From IMG/VR virus record IMGVR_UViG_3300029518_000108: a DNA stretch of 8,548 nt; one strand, written 5' to 3'. Origin of the DNA: a virus. Its lineage: Duplodnaviria; Heunggongvirae; Uroviricota; Caudoviricetes. A program made the translations under genes and the position numbers. This document shows, in pieces, positions 1 through 7,051 of this stretch. The notes beneath the pieces were generated by a model. The model did not search any database. It was not told the DNA's origin and worked only from the letters and a program-made list of their open reading frames with translations. Each line of letters begins with the position of its first letter. Position 1 is the first letter of the stretch.

Positions 1-1
1 G

Positions 2-2152
2 CCTTCACATGCCGGAACCATTACCGTCTATGAAGGTTCCAGACCAGGTACGCTGAATGATTTTCTCGGTGCCATGACGGAAGATGATGTCATGCCGGAG
101 GCATTGCGTCGTTTTGAGGAAATGGTGGAAGAAGCGGCACGCAACGCTGAAGCCGCCTCTCAGAGCGCAGCGGCGGCAAAGAAATCCGAAACTGCAGCGG
201 CATCATCGAAGAACGCGGCGAAAACCTCAGAAACGAATGCAGCTAACAGCGCACAGGCGGCAGCGACCTCACAGACTGCATCGGCAAACTCCGCGACAGC
301 AGCCAAAAAATCAGAAACCAACGCGAAAAACAGCGAGACAGCCGCAAAGACGAGCGAAACCAACGCAAAGTCCAGCCAGACGGCAGCGAAGACCAGCGAA
401 ACGAATGCCAAAGCCAGTGAAACTGCGGCAAAAAACAGCCAGGTTGCAGCAGCCCAAAGCGAGAGCGCGGCAGCCGGTTCTGCGACTTCAGCAGCTGGAT
501 CAGCAACTGCTGCGGCTAACAGCCAGAAAGCTGCGAAGACGAGTGAAACTAACGCAAAGTCCAGCCAGACGGCAGCGAAGACCAGCGAAACGAATGCCAA
601 AGCCAGCGAAACTGCGGCAAAAAACAGTCAGGATGCAGCGGCCCAAAGCGAGAGTGCCGCAGCTGGTTCTGCAAGTGCGGCGGCTAATAGCCAAAAAGCT
701 GCAAAAACCAGTGAAACTAACGCAAAGACGAGTGAAACAAAAGCAGCAGCCAGCGAGACAGAAGCAACGTCAGCCGCAACAAGAGCAGAGAATGCAGCCC
801 GGATTGCAGAAGATGCCGCTGATCCTGCTTCAGTCCCTCCGCTTCCTGATATCTGGCTACCCTTGAATGATTCTCTGGAAGCGATAACAGGGTATGCCCC
901 GGGCTATAAAACAATAACCATCGGCAGTGATGAAATAACAATGCCTGTTAATGGCATATGCCAATTTAGCCGCGCTTCATCAGCAACGTATATTGATAAG
1001 TCAGGGCATATTACCGTGGCAGGGAATAACGTTCCTCGTTTTGAAAAATATGGTTTGCTGATAGAGAATCAGCGAACAAACATGTTCGTAAATAGTTTTA
1101 ATCCTGATGCGTGGAATAAAAGCGGTGGTATATCTGTAACATCATCAACAGATGAATTTGAGTTTAAATATGGACGTTTCGCAGTAGGAAGTGAGATAGC
1201 AGGAACGACAACAGGGAGAAATATATGCACAGTTGCTGGTAATAAAGGCATAGATGTGACTGGCGATGATCAGTACAGTAAAGGTCCGTATGTTACCGCG
1301 TCGTTCAGGGTAAGAAGTGATCTCAATGTTCGCGCACGTATCCGTTTTGAACGGTATAACTCGGAAGGATACACTTTCCTTTGTGACGCCTATTTGTCAT
1401 TACAGACCCATGAACTACAAATTACGGGTGGTAATGCCCAGCTATTAACAGCAAACTTTGAAATCGACCCTGGTAGTGGATGGATATATTTTCAGGCAAC
1501 ACTGAAATGTCTGCCAGAATGGGGAATGGTTGGTACGCAGCTGCAAATTGCAGCCGACAGAGCAGTGGGGGCTTTTGCAACAGGTGACTGGATAGAAGTA
1601 ACCACCCCGCAATTCGAGTATGGTGCTTGTGCAACTTCCTTTATCATAACGACAACAGAGCCAGCGACTCGTGCATCAGATTTATGTAAATTTCCGCTGA
1701 TGAAAAATATGTATACCATGCCTTTTACGTTCATGGTGGAAGTCCATAAAAACTGGTTTATTTCTCATAATGCTGCACCGCGTGTCATTGATTCAGAAAA
1801 TCACCAGTCCGGAGGCCCATTTATTATGGGGTTTGGTTCTTCTGGAACTATCAGTCAGGATGGTTATTCGTATTGCGATATAGGCGGGGCTAACCGGCGT
1901 GTATATGAGTCATGCGGAGTAAGAGATCTCGTTATGGGATTCAGGGTTAAGGCTGACGGCATGACATGCTCATTTGCAAATAAGAATATAAGCACTGAAA
2001 CCAAAACAGTATGGAAATATATTCGTGAAGCAGCCGTGATTCGTATCGGGGGGCAAACGACGACAGGATTACGACACCTTAATGGTCATATAAAAAACCT
2101 CCGTTTCTGGAACAGAGCATTGTCAGATACGCAGCTTAAGGAATACGTATAA
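2..2152 (+). CDS. stf: Side tail fibre protein (lambda Stf-like), 5'-partial: the reading frame is open from position 2, the ATG at 74 is internal
   Basis: Translation from position 2 gives PSHAGTITVYEGSRPGTLNDFLGAMTEDD..., matching the lambda Stf segment I recall (HAGTITVYEDSQPGTLNDFLCAMTEDD). This is followed by KTSETNAK/AAKTSE-type repeats and a 430-aa C-terminal module ending ...GHIKNLRFWNRALSDTQLKEYV. Stop TAA at 2150-2152. Confidence 0.9.
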   Translation, partial: PSHAGTITVYEGSRPGTLNDFLGAMTEDDVMPEALRRFEEMVEEAARNAEAASQSAAAAKKSETAAASSKNAAKTSETNAANSAQAAATSQTASANSATAAKKSETNAKNSETAAKTSETNAKSSQTAAKTSETNAKASETAAKNSQVAAAQSESAAAGSATSAAGSATAAANSQKAAKTSETNAKSSQTAAKTSETNAKASETAAKNSQDAAAQSESAAAGSASAAANSQKAAKTSETNAKTSETKAAASETEATSAATRAENAARIAEDAADPASVPPLPDIWLPLNDSLEAITGYAPGYKTITIGSDEITMPVNGICQFSRASSATYIDKSGHITVAGNNVPRFEKYGLLIENQRTNMFVNSFNPDAWNKSGGISVTSSTDEFEFKYGRFAVGSEIAGTTTGRNICTVAGNKGIDVTGDDQYSKGPYVTASFRVRSDLNVRARIRFERYNSEGYTFLCDAYLSLQTHELQITGGNAQLLTANFEIDPGSGWIYFQATLKCLPEWGMVGTQLQIAADRAVGAFATGDWIEVTTPQFEYGACATSFIITTTEPATRASDLCKFPLMKNMYTMPFTFMVEVHKNWFISHNAAPRVIDSENHQSGGPFIMGFGSSGTISQDGYSYCDIGGANRRVYESCGVRDLVMGFRVKADGMTCSFANKNISTETKTVWKYIREAAVIRIGGQTTTGLRHLNGHIKNLRFWNRALSDTQLKEYV
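347..706 (+). repeat. Near-identical tandem direct repeat inside stf: unit 1 is 347-535 (189 bp, 63 aa), unit 2 is 536-706 (about 171 bp, with an 18-bp in-frame deletion)
   Basis: Direct comparison of 347-535 with 536-706 shows only a few mismatches; the encoded peptides are both KTSETNAKSSQTAAKTSETNAKASETAAKNSQ.AAAQSESAAAGSA... Shorter degenerate copies lie at about 170-346 and 707-760. Confidence 0.9.
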
Positions 2153-2421
2153 TGCGGGATATAACATTACGATTCGATAACAGAGAACAGTTTAACGCAA
2201 TTGTATATGACAGTGGCCTGTTCAGTCTTGAAGAAGAAAATGGGGTTCTTGTTGATGTTATTGGCTGCATTATTGATTACGAGGAGCCAGAAAACGAAAG
2301 ATGTACAGGCATTGATCGCGGTGGTTTTTTCGTAAACATGAGGATTGTTGATGGCAGTAAAAACATATCTTCTTTAATGCCTTTCATTACGACAGATCAG
2401 CATGTAAGGACATGGGCTTAA
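2152..2421 (+). CDS. Hypothetical acidic 89-aa protein, translationally coupled to stf (TAATG overlap); possible fibre-tip assembly factor
   Basis: ATG at 2152 overlaps the stf stop; AAGGA at 2138-2142; same AT-rich composition as the stf C-terminal module. I recognise no motif in it. Confidence 0.55.
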   Translation: MRDITLRFDNREQFNAIVYDSGLFSLEEENGVLVDVIGCIIDYEEPENERCTGIDRGGFFVNMRIVDGSKNISSLMPFITTDQHVRTWA

Positions 2422-2433
2422 TGGAGTAAGACA

Positions 2434-3117
2434 ATGGTTACAAAAACAGTAATTCCGGGAGACATCACCACGCTAAAGGGAGATATTTCCTCAATTAACG
2501 GAAAAGTATCAACGCTTCAGACTGAGATGACCAGTGCAAAGCAGGATATCAGCACCAGATACACAAAAACTGAAGTTGATAATAAGCTGAAAAACAAAGT
2601 GGAAGCGAACGATCTGGAAAGCGGTCGTTATGGCGGTGATTTTTACCCGCTGACTGGCCGCGAAGCGTTTTATTTATGGGGGTTGGGCACGACTACTGCG
2701 GCGGCAAACCTTTATCTTAATCCTGACCCTGCAATTTCGTCTGTACTGCGGTCCACATCGTCTATCCGCTATAAACATTCAGTAGAGACGATAGATTCAG
2801 AGCACGCCGATCTCATTTTCAGGATGCGCCCTGTGTGGTACAGGTCGCAATGCGAAAATGACAGGCGTGACTGGGGGTTCTACGGATTGATTGCCGAGGA
2901 AGTAGGAGAAATTGCCCCTCAGTTTGTACACTGGCGACCAGCTAACGAAGATGATGCTCCTGAAGCTATTTCCAGCAATGGCCTTGTTGCCGAAGGTGTA
3001 ATGTACGAACGTCTGGTTGTTCCACTGATTCACCATATCCAGAAGCTGACTGAAAGAGTTGATGAACTTGAGTCAGAATTAAAGTTGTTATCCGTTTCCC
3101 GAAGCGATATCGGATAA
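2434..3117 (+). CDS. Tail-fibre-like protein, 227 aa: N-terminal coiled-coil-like segment plus a C-terminal intramolecular-chaperone (Peptidase S74-like) domain
   Basis: GGAG 7 nt upstream of the ATG. C-terminal half SSIRYKHSVETIDSEHADLIF...WGFYGLIAEEVGEIAPQFV...GVMYERLVVPLIHHIQKLTERVDELESELKLL fits the S74 chaperone pattern as I recall it (S-x-R-x-K, GLIAQEV-like core, terminal helix). Confidence 0.7.
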   Translation: MVTKTVIPGDITTLKGDISSINGKVSTLQTEMTSAKQDISTRYTKTEVDNKLKNKVEANDLESGRYGGDFYPLTGREAFYLWGLGTTTAAANLYLNPDPAISSVLRSTSSIRYKHSVETIDSEHADLIFRMRPVWYRSQCENDRRDWGFYGLIAEEVGEIAPQFVHWRPANEDDAPEAISSNGLVAEGVMYERLVVPLIHHIQKLTERVDELESELKLLSVSRSDIG

Positions 3118-3127
3118 AGGAGGCGTA

Positions 3128-3417
3128 ATGGATATAACACCTTTCCTTCATGCACTTTGTGCTGTGGCTGCGCAGGTACTGGTTGGTCTTTTTACCGGAA
3201 ACTGGGCTTACGGGGCGATAGCTGGTTGTACGTTCTTCATTGCGCGTGAACATACCCAGGCAGAATATCGCTGGATTGAAATGTTCGGGCATGGCAAGCG
3301 TATGAATATGCCGTGGTGGGGCGGTTTTGATCCGCGCGCGTGGGATGTGGCAAGCCTGATGGATTTTGCTGTGCCGGTGGTGGCGTGTCTGCTGGTCTGG
3401 CTGTTGGTTAATCGTGG
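3128..3417 (+). CDS. Small predicted inner-membrane protein (about 3 hydrophobic helices); 3' end undetermined because the ORF runs into the assembly gap
   Basis: Strong Shine-Dalgarno AAGGAGG at 3117-3123, ATG at 3128. Hydrophobic stretches FLHALCAVAAQVLVGLF, YGAIAGCTFFIA, VASLMDFAVPVVACLLVWLLV. The listed ORF end at 3505 crosses the N-run and is not trustworthy. Confidence 0.5.
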
Positions 3418-3427
3418 NNNNNNNNNN
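3418..3427. other. Assembly gap (run of 10 N); true length and content unknown
   Basis: Ten consecutive n characters; flanking genes are incomplete on both sides. Confidence 0.99.
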
Positions 3428-3438
3428 AAAAAAGGTGA

Positions 3439-3567
3439 GCTGTATATGCAACGGAGGAAGAAAACTCGTTGCTGGAAGCCTGGAAAAAGTATCGGGTATT
3501 GCTGAACCGTGTTGATACGTCAACTGCACCTGATATTGAGTGGCCTACGAACCCTGTCAGGGAGTAA
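3439..3567 (+). CDS. tfa: 3'-terminal fragment of a tail fibre assembly (Tfa) gene; N-terminal part missing in or before the gap
   Basis: Frame ending at TAA 3565-3567 translates to ...[38 protein letters not shown], matching the conserved lambda Tfa C-terminus as I recall it ([26 protein letters not shown]). An in-frame TGA at 3436-3438 sits just after the gap. Confidence 0.7.
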   Translation, partial: AVYATEEENSLLEAWKKYRVLLNRVDTSTAPDIEWPTNPVRE

Positions 3568-3581
3568 TCATTGGGATTATG

Positions 3582-3614
3582 CCGCAGCACGTCTTAAGCA
3601 AGAACGTGCTGCGG
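3582..3614. terminator. Perfect 11-bp inverted repeat (CCGCAGCACGT, 11-nt loop, ACGTGCTGCGG) between convergent tfa and dinI-like genes; candidate bidirectional terminator
   Basis: Stem read directly from the sequence; only weak T-richness follows on either strand, so intrinsic-terminator function is uncertain. Confidence 0.4.
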
Positions 3615-3682
3615 TTGGATGGTGAACTTTCGATAGTGCGAGTATTGAATGATTTCCAGCCGTTACCGATTTTACGTGTTAA

Positions 3683-3931
3683 TTAGTGAACAAACCACTC
3701 GTCAGCAGACTCCCAGGTATCTTTCAGAGTTTCCTGAACAAAAGTTTTAGCTGAATCTTTATCGGCGGTGCGCGTAACAGAAAGGCCATCGTTGCTGGTA
3801 GCTTTTACGATCACCTCTACATCGTCATAACGTTTACTGATGCGTCGGGTTAATTCTTCCTTTAACGCATCCACAGCACCGGTTGGCATTTTAGTCATTT
3901 TTTCTTTGGCTATGCAGATTTCAATACGCAT
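3683..3931 (-). CDS. DinI-like protein (prophage-encoded DinI family, 82 aa)
   Basis: MRIEICIAK...[11 protein letters not shown] resembles E. coli DinI as I recall it (MRIEVTIAK...TWESADDWFV). GAGGG Shine-Dalgarno upstream on the minus strand; SOS promoter directly upstream. Confidence 0.85.
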   Translation of the reverse strand: MRIEICIAKEKMTKMPTGAVDALKEELTRRISKRYDDVEVIVKATSNDGLSVTRTADKDSAKTFVQETLKDTWESADEWFVH

Positions 3932-3946
3932 AAAAGTCCCTCTACA

Positions 3947-3962
3947 CTGTGTTTGTATACAG
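3947..3962. promoter_or_regulatory. LexA box 1 (CTGT-N8-ACAG: CTGTGTTTGTATACAG) between the -10 and the dinI-like start codon
   Basis: Exact match to the CTGT-N8-ACAG core with an AT-rich centre; extended site is ACTGTGTTTGTATACAGTAT. Confidence 0.8.
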
Positions 3963-3967
3963 TATCA

Positions 3968-3996
3968 TTTTTAACTGTATGGATAAACAGTGTCAA
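3968..3996 (-). promoter_or_regulatory. Sigma70-type promoter of the dinI-like gene: -35 TTGACA (plus-strand coordinates 3991-3996), 17-bp spacer, -10 TAAAAA (3968-3973)
   Basis: Minus-strand read is TTGACA-ctgtttatccatacagt-TAAAAA; perfect -35, 4/6 -10, about 35 nt to the ATG. No transcription start mapped. Confidence 0.6.
3975..3990. promoter_or_regulatory. LexA box 2 (CTGTATGGATAAACAG) filling the -35/-10 spacer
   Basis: Exact CTGT-N8-ACAG core; extended site is AACTGTATGGATAAACAGTG. Confidence 0.8.
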
Positions 3997-4017
3997 GGGT
4001 GAAGGAAAGTGATTTTT

Positions 4018-4076
4018 TGGGGCATGCATGGGGCAAAAATATTTGTTGTGGGGCATTTTGGGGCATGATTGGGACA
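4018..4076. repeat. Five helically phased direct copies of TGGGGCA(T/A) (starts 4018, 4029, 4049, 4059; degenerate TGGGACA at 4070)
   Basis: Read directly; spacings are 11, 20, 10 and 11 bp, i.e. roughly one helical turn. Located between the dinI-like promoter and the prophage/yecE junction. Confidence 0.85.
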
Positions 4077-4178
4077 CTTTGTTACATATGAACTTTGCCG
4101 ATTTTTATATGACATGGAAATACAACGCTTTGATTCTTCTAAATAAAAAACATGCTCTTGGGCGTTCTTTAGTGATTT

Positions 4179-4289
4179 TTAAAAATTCCGTATCACGCAG
4201 TTAAAGTGGCGGGCATACTCTTCAAGGCTGGTGATCCCCAACCGCACCCATTTAGGATGCGACCATTGCGGCAGACCGATGTAAATCAT
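4179..4289 (-). pseudogene. yecE: yecE 5' stub (about 32 native codons) fused to 4 phage-derived codons and a stop; gene disrupted by prophage insertion
   Basis: ATG at 4287-4289 overlaps the yecD stop (ATGA). Translation [36 protein letters not shown]-stop. The N-terminus fits the YecE/DUF72 pattern as I recall it; the ORF ends prematurely in AT-rich DNA. Confidence 0.6.
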
Positions 4290-4852
4290 AATGCGTTGAG
4301 GATCTCTTCCACACTGCGCACACGGGCGATGCGTGGGTAGATATGGTTGATGCTGTTATTGTGCTGCTCGGCGCTGGCGGCGCTGCAGGCGTCTTCGGCA
4401 ATCACCAGATTAAAACCGAGTTCCCAGGCATTGCGGGCGGTGGATTCAACACCGATATTGGTCGAGATCCCACATAAAACAATGGTATCGATATCCCGGC
4501 GGCGTAATTGCAACTCCAGATCCGTACCGTAAAACGCACCCCATTGACGTTTGATGATTTCGATATCGCTGTCGGTTGCACCTAATGCAGCAGGATGTTG
4601 CCACCAGTTTTCGGGTAACACTTTAGCGGGGGAAGGGGCATCAACCGGCTGTTTTAATGCTTCGGCGTAATCGGCAGACCAGCCAACGCGCACCAGAAAC
4701 ACGGGCTGACCGCTGGCGCGAAATTTTGCCGCCAGCTTCCCGGCGCGATTAACCACCTCATCGGCAGTATGTGGACCACCGGCAAAAGGTAAGATGCCTT
4801 CTTGTAAATCGATCACCACCAGCGCAGTGGTTTTAGCATTAAGTTCAAGCAT
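4286..4852 (-). CDS. yecD: Isochorismatase-family hydrolase YecD (188 aa)
   Basis: Protein [19 protein letters not shown]...[16 protein letters not shown]... has isochorismatase-like motifs. AGGAG sits 6 nt upstream of the ATG at 4852; the listed ORF start at 4885 is an upstream GTG without a Shine-Dalgarno. Confidence 0.9.
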   Translation of the reverse strand: MLELNAKTTALVVIDLQEGILPFAGGPHTADEVVNRAGKLAAKFRASGQPVFLVRVGWSADYAEALKQPVDAPSPAKVLPENWWQHPAALGATDSDIEIIKRQWGAFYGTDLELQLRRRDIDTIVLCGISTNIGVESTARNAWELGFNLVIAEDACSAASAEQHNNSINHIYPRIARVRSVEEILNAL

Positions 4853-5161
4853 GCTGACTCCTGACAAAACAAAATCGTGCCTCACACCTTAATGCGATTA
4901 GCCGATGGCGGAACGACAAATTTTGTTAATTTTTATGAGTTCGGGCAACACCTTTATAGCAAACTGGCGTAGAGTCTGATTTCAGGCCCGATATAAAGTG
5001 GTAACGAGGTGTTCCAGCGCGGGCCAGGCTCTTACGGTGCGGCAGAATTTCCAGTATAATAGCCGCCTTTTTTCATTCAGTTGTGACATACAGCTAACGC
5101 TGCGACTTGGTCACCTGCGCAGCAGGGGGCATCCGCCGGCAGCTAAGTTAAGGGATATCTC
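4853..5161. promoter_or_regulatory. Divergent yecD/aspS intergenic region; candidate aspS promoter -10 TATAAT at 5055-5060 with a weak -35 (TTACGG, 5032-5037)
   Basis: A perfect TATAAT hexamer lies about 100 nt upstream of the aspS ATG; the -35 is poor. Sequence-only prediction. Confidence 0.3.
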
Positions 5162-6934
5162 ATGCGTACAGAATATTGTGGACAGCTCCGTTTGTCCCAC
5201 GTGGGGCAGCAGGTGACTCTGTGTGGTTGGGTCAACCGTCGTCGTGATCTTGGTAGCCTGATCTTCATCGATATGCGCGACCGCGAAGGTATCGTGCAGG
5301 TATTTTTCGATCCGGATCGTGCGGACGCGTTAAAGCTGGCCTCTGAACTGCGTAATGAGTTCTGCATTCAGGTCACGGGCACCGTACGTGCGCGTGACGA
5401 AAAAAATATTAACCGCGATATGGCGACCGGCGAAATTGAAGTGCTGGCGTCCTCGCTGACTATCATCAACCGCGCAGATGTTCTGCCGCTTGACTCTAAC
5501 CACGTCAACACCGAAGAAGCGCGTCTGAAATACCGCTACCTCGACCTGCGTCGCCCGGAAATGGCTCAGCGCCTGAAAACCCGCGCTAAAATCACCAGCC
5601 TGGTGCGCCGTTTTATGGATGACCACGGCTTCCTCGACATCGAAACTCCGATGCTGACCAAAGCCACGCCGGAAGGCGCGCGAGACTACCTGGTGCCTTC
5701 TCGTGTGCACAAAGGTAAATTCTACGCACTGCCGCAATCCCCGCAGTTGTTCAAACAGCTGCTGATGATGTCCGGTTTTGACCGTTACTATCAGATCGTT
5801 AAATGCTTCCGTGACGAAGACCTGCGCGCTGATCGTCAGCCTGAATTTACTCAGATCGATGTGGAAACTTCTTTCATGACCGCCCCGCAAGTGCGTGAAG
5901 TGATGGAAGCGCTGGTGCGTCATCTGTGGCTGGAAGTGAAGGGTGTGGATATGGGCGATTTCCCGGTAATGACCTTTGCGGAAGCAGAACGCCGTTATGG
6001 TTCTGATAAACCGGATCTGCGTAACCCGATGGAACTGACTGACGTTGCTGATCTGCTGAAATCTGTTGAGTTTGCTGTATTTGCAGGTCCGGCGAACGAT
6101 CCGAAAGGTCGCGTAGCGGCTCTGCGCGTTCCGGGCGGCGCATCGCTGACCCGTAAGCAGATCGACGAATACGGTAACTTCGTTAAAATCTACGGCGCGA
6201 AAGGTCTGGCTTACATCAAAGTTAACGAACGCGCGAAAGGTCTGGAAGGTATCAACAGCCCGGTAGCGAAGTTCCTTAATGCAGAAATCATCGAAGCCAT
6301 CCTGGATCGTACTGCCGCGCAAGATGGCGATATGATTTTCTTCGGTGCCGACAACAAGAAAATTGTTGCCGACGCGATGGGTGCACTGCGCCTGAAAGTG
6401 GGTAAAGACCTTGGTCTGACCGACGAAAGCAAATGGGCACCGCTGTGGGTTATCGATTTCCCGATGTTTGAAGACGACGGTGAAGGCGGCCTGACGGCAA
6501 TGCACCATCCGTTCACCTCACCAAAAGACATGACTGCTGCAGAACTGAAAGCTGCACCAGAAAATGCGGTGGCGAACGCTTACGATATGGTCATCAATGG
6601 TTACGAAGTGGGCGGTGGTTCTGTGCGTATCCATAATGGTGATATGCAGCAGACGGTGTTTGGTATTCTGGGTATCAACGAAGAGGAACAGCGCGAGAAA
6701 TTCGGCTTCCTGCTCGACGCCCTGAAATACGGTACTCCGCCGCACGCAGGTCTGGCATTCGGTCTTGACCGTCTGACCATGCTGCTGACCGGCACCGACA
6801 ATATCCGTGACGTTATCGCCTTCCCGAAAACCACGGCGGCAGCGTGTCTGATGACTGAAGCACCGAGCTTTGCTAACCCGACTGCACTGGCTGAGCTGAG
6901 CATTCAGGTTGTGAAGAAGGCAGAGAATAACTGA
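5162..6934 (+). CDS. aspS: Aspartate--tRNA ligase (590 aa)
   Basis: Full-length ORF; N-terminus [31 protein letters not shown] and class II synthetase motifs ([23 protein letters not shown]); length matches E. coli AspRS. Confidence 0.97.
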   Translation: MRTEYCGQLRLSHVGQQVTLCGWVNRRRDLGSLIFIDMRDREGIVQVFFDPDRADALKLASELRNEFCIQVTGTVRARDEKNINRDMATGEIEVLASSLTIINRADVLPLDSNHVNTEEARLKYRYLDLRRPEMAQRLKTRAKITSLVRRFMDDHGFLDIETPMLTKATPEGARDYLVPSRVHKGKFYALPQSPQLFKQLLMMSGFDRYYQIVKCFRDEDLRADRQPEFTQIDVETSFMTAPQVREVMEALVRHLWLEVKGVDMGDFPVMTFAEAERRYGSDKPDLRNPMELTDVADLLKSVEFAVFAGPANDPKGRVAALRVPGGASLTRKQIDEYGNFVKIYGAKGLAYIKVNERAKGLEGINSPVAKFLNAEIIEAILDRTAAQDGDMIFFGADNKKIVADAMGALRLKVGKDLGLTDESKWAPLWVIDFPMFEDDGEGGLTAMHHPFTSPKDMTAAELKAAPENAVANAYDMVINGYEVGGGSVRIHNGDMQQTVFGILGINEEEQREKFGFLLDALKYGTPPHAGLAFGLDRLTMLLTGTDNIRDVIAFPKTTAAACLMTEAPSFANPTALAELSIQVVKKAENN

Positions 6935-7051
6935 TATGACTCAAATACACGAAATCATTCGCGTTGCATCGAGGCGGCAACTGAGTGAACTCCCATGAGC
7001 ATAGATAACTATGTGAATGGGATGAGCGAAGGCAGTCAACGAAGAGGCAGC

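Larger units (their letters stand above)
1..4193. mobile_element. Right-end segment of a lambdoid prophage (tail-fibre and accessory region), continuing beyond the left window edge; host junction near 4190-4196 inside yecE
   Basis: Lambda Stf-like and Tfa-like coding sequence, DinI-like moron, AT-rich arm-like DNA with phased repeats, then an abrupt switch to a yecE 5' stub and the core genes yecD/aspS. Exact boundary is inferred, not proven. Confidence 0.8.

Noticed and set aside
84-866. 260-aa Arg/Lys/Gln-rich ORF on the plus strand in an alternative frame, and minus-strand ORFs 160-600, 243-506, 500-694 and 717-941
   Set aside because: All lie inside the stf repeat region, where the repetitive Ala-rich coding sequence keeps other frames open. 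The stf frame is the one with recognisable Stf similarity.
1069-1734. Short minus-strand ORFs inside stf (1069-1251, 1422-1634, 1492-1734) and 2797-3036 inside the S74-like gene
   Set aside because: Antisense to coding sequence with clear protein-level signal; no start context.
857-2152. Possibility that the stf C-terminal module with its downstream ORFs is a diversity-generating retroelement target
   Set aside because: No reverse transcriptase ORF and no template/variable repeat pair visible in the window; the C-terminal motif looks LamG-like, not C-type-lectin-like.
2966-3590. Minus-strand ORFs 2966-3529 (187 aa) and 3408-3590 (60 aa)
   Set aside because: Both read through the N-gap (X residues) and are antisense to better-supported plus-strand genes.
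4028-4204. 58-aa plus-strand ORF (MGQKYLLWGILGHDW...) spanning the repeat array and the prophage/yecE junction
   Set aside because: AT-rich non-coding-like composition, no convincing Shine-Dalgarno, crosses the inferred att junction and overlaps the yecE stub on the other strand; most likely chance.
4347-5216. Plus-strand ORFs 4347-4532 (antisense to yecD) and 4998-5216 (overlapping the aspS promoter and start)
   Set aside because: No ribosome-binding sites and low-complexity translations, inside or overlapping well-supported features.
5330-6508. 392-aa minus-strand ORF, plus smaller minus-strand ORFs at 5143-5367, 5874-6143, 6211-6531, 6518-6745 and 6601-6903
   Set aside because: Antisense to aspS, which is full-length and unambiguous; His/Arg/Phe-rich translations typical of antisense frames; no ribosome-binding sites.
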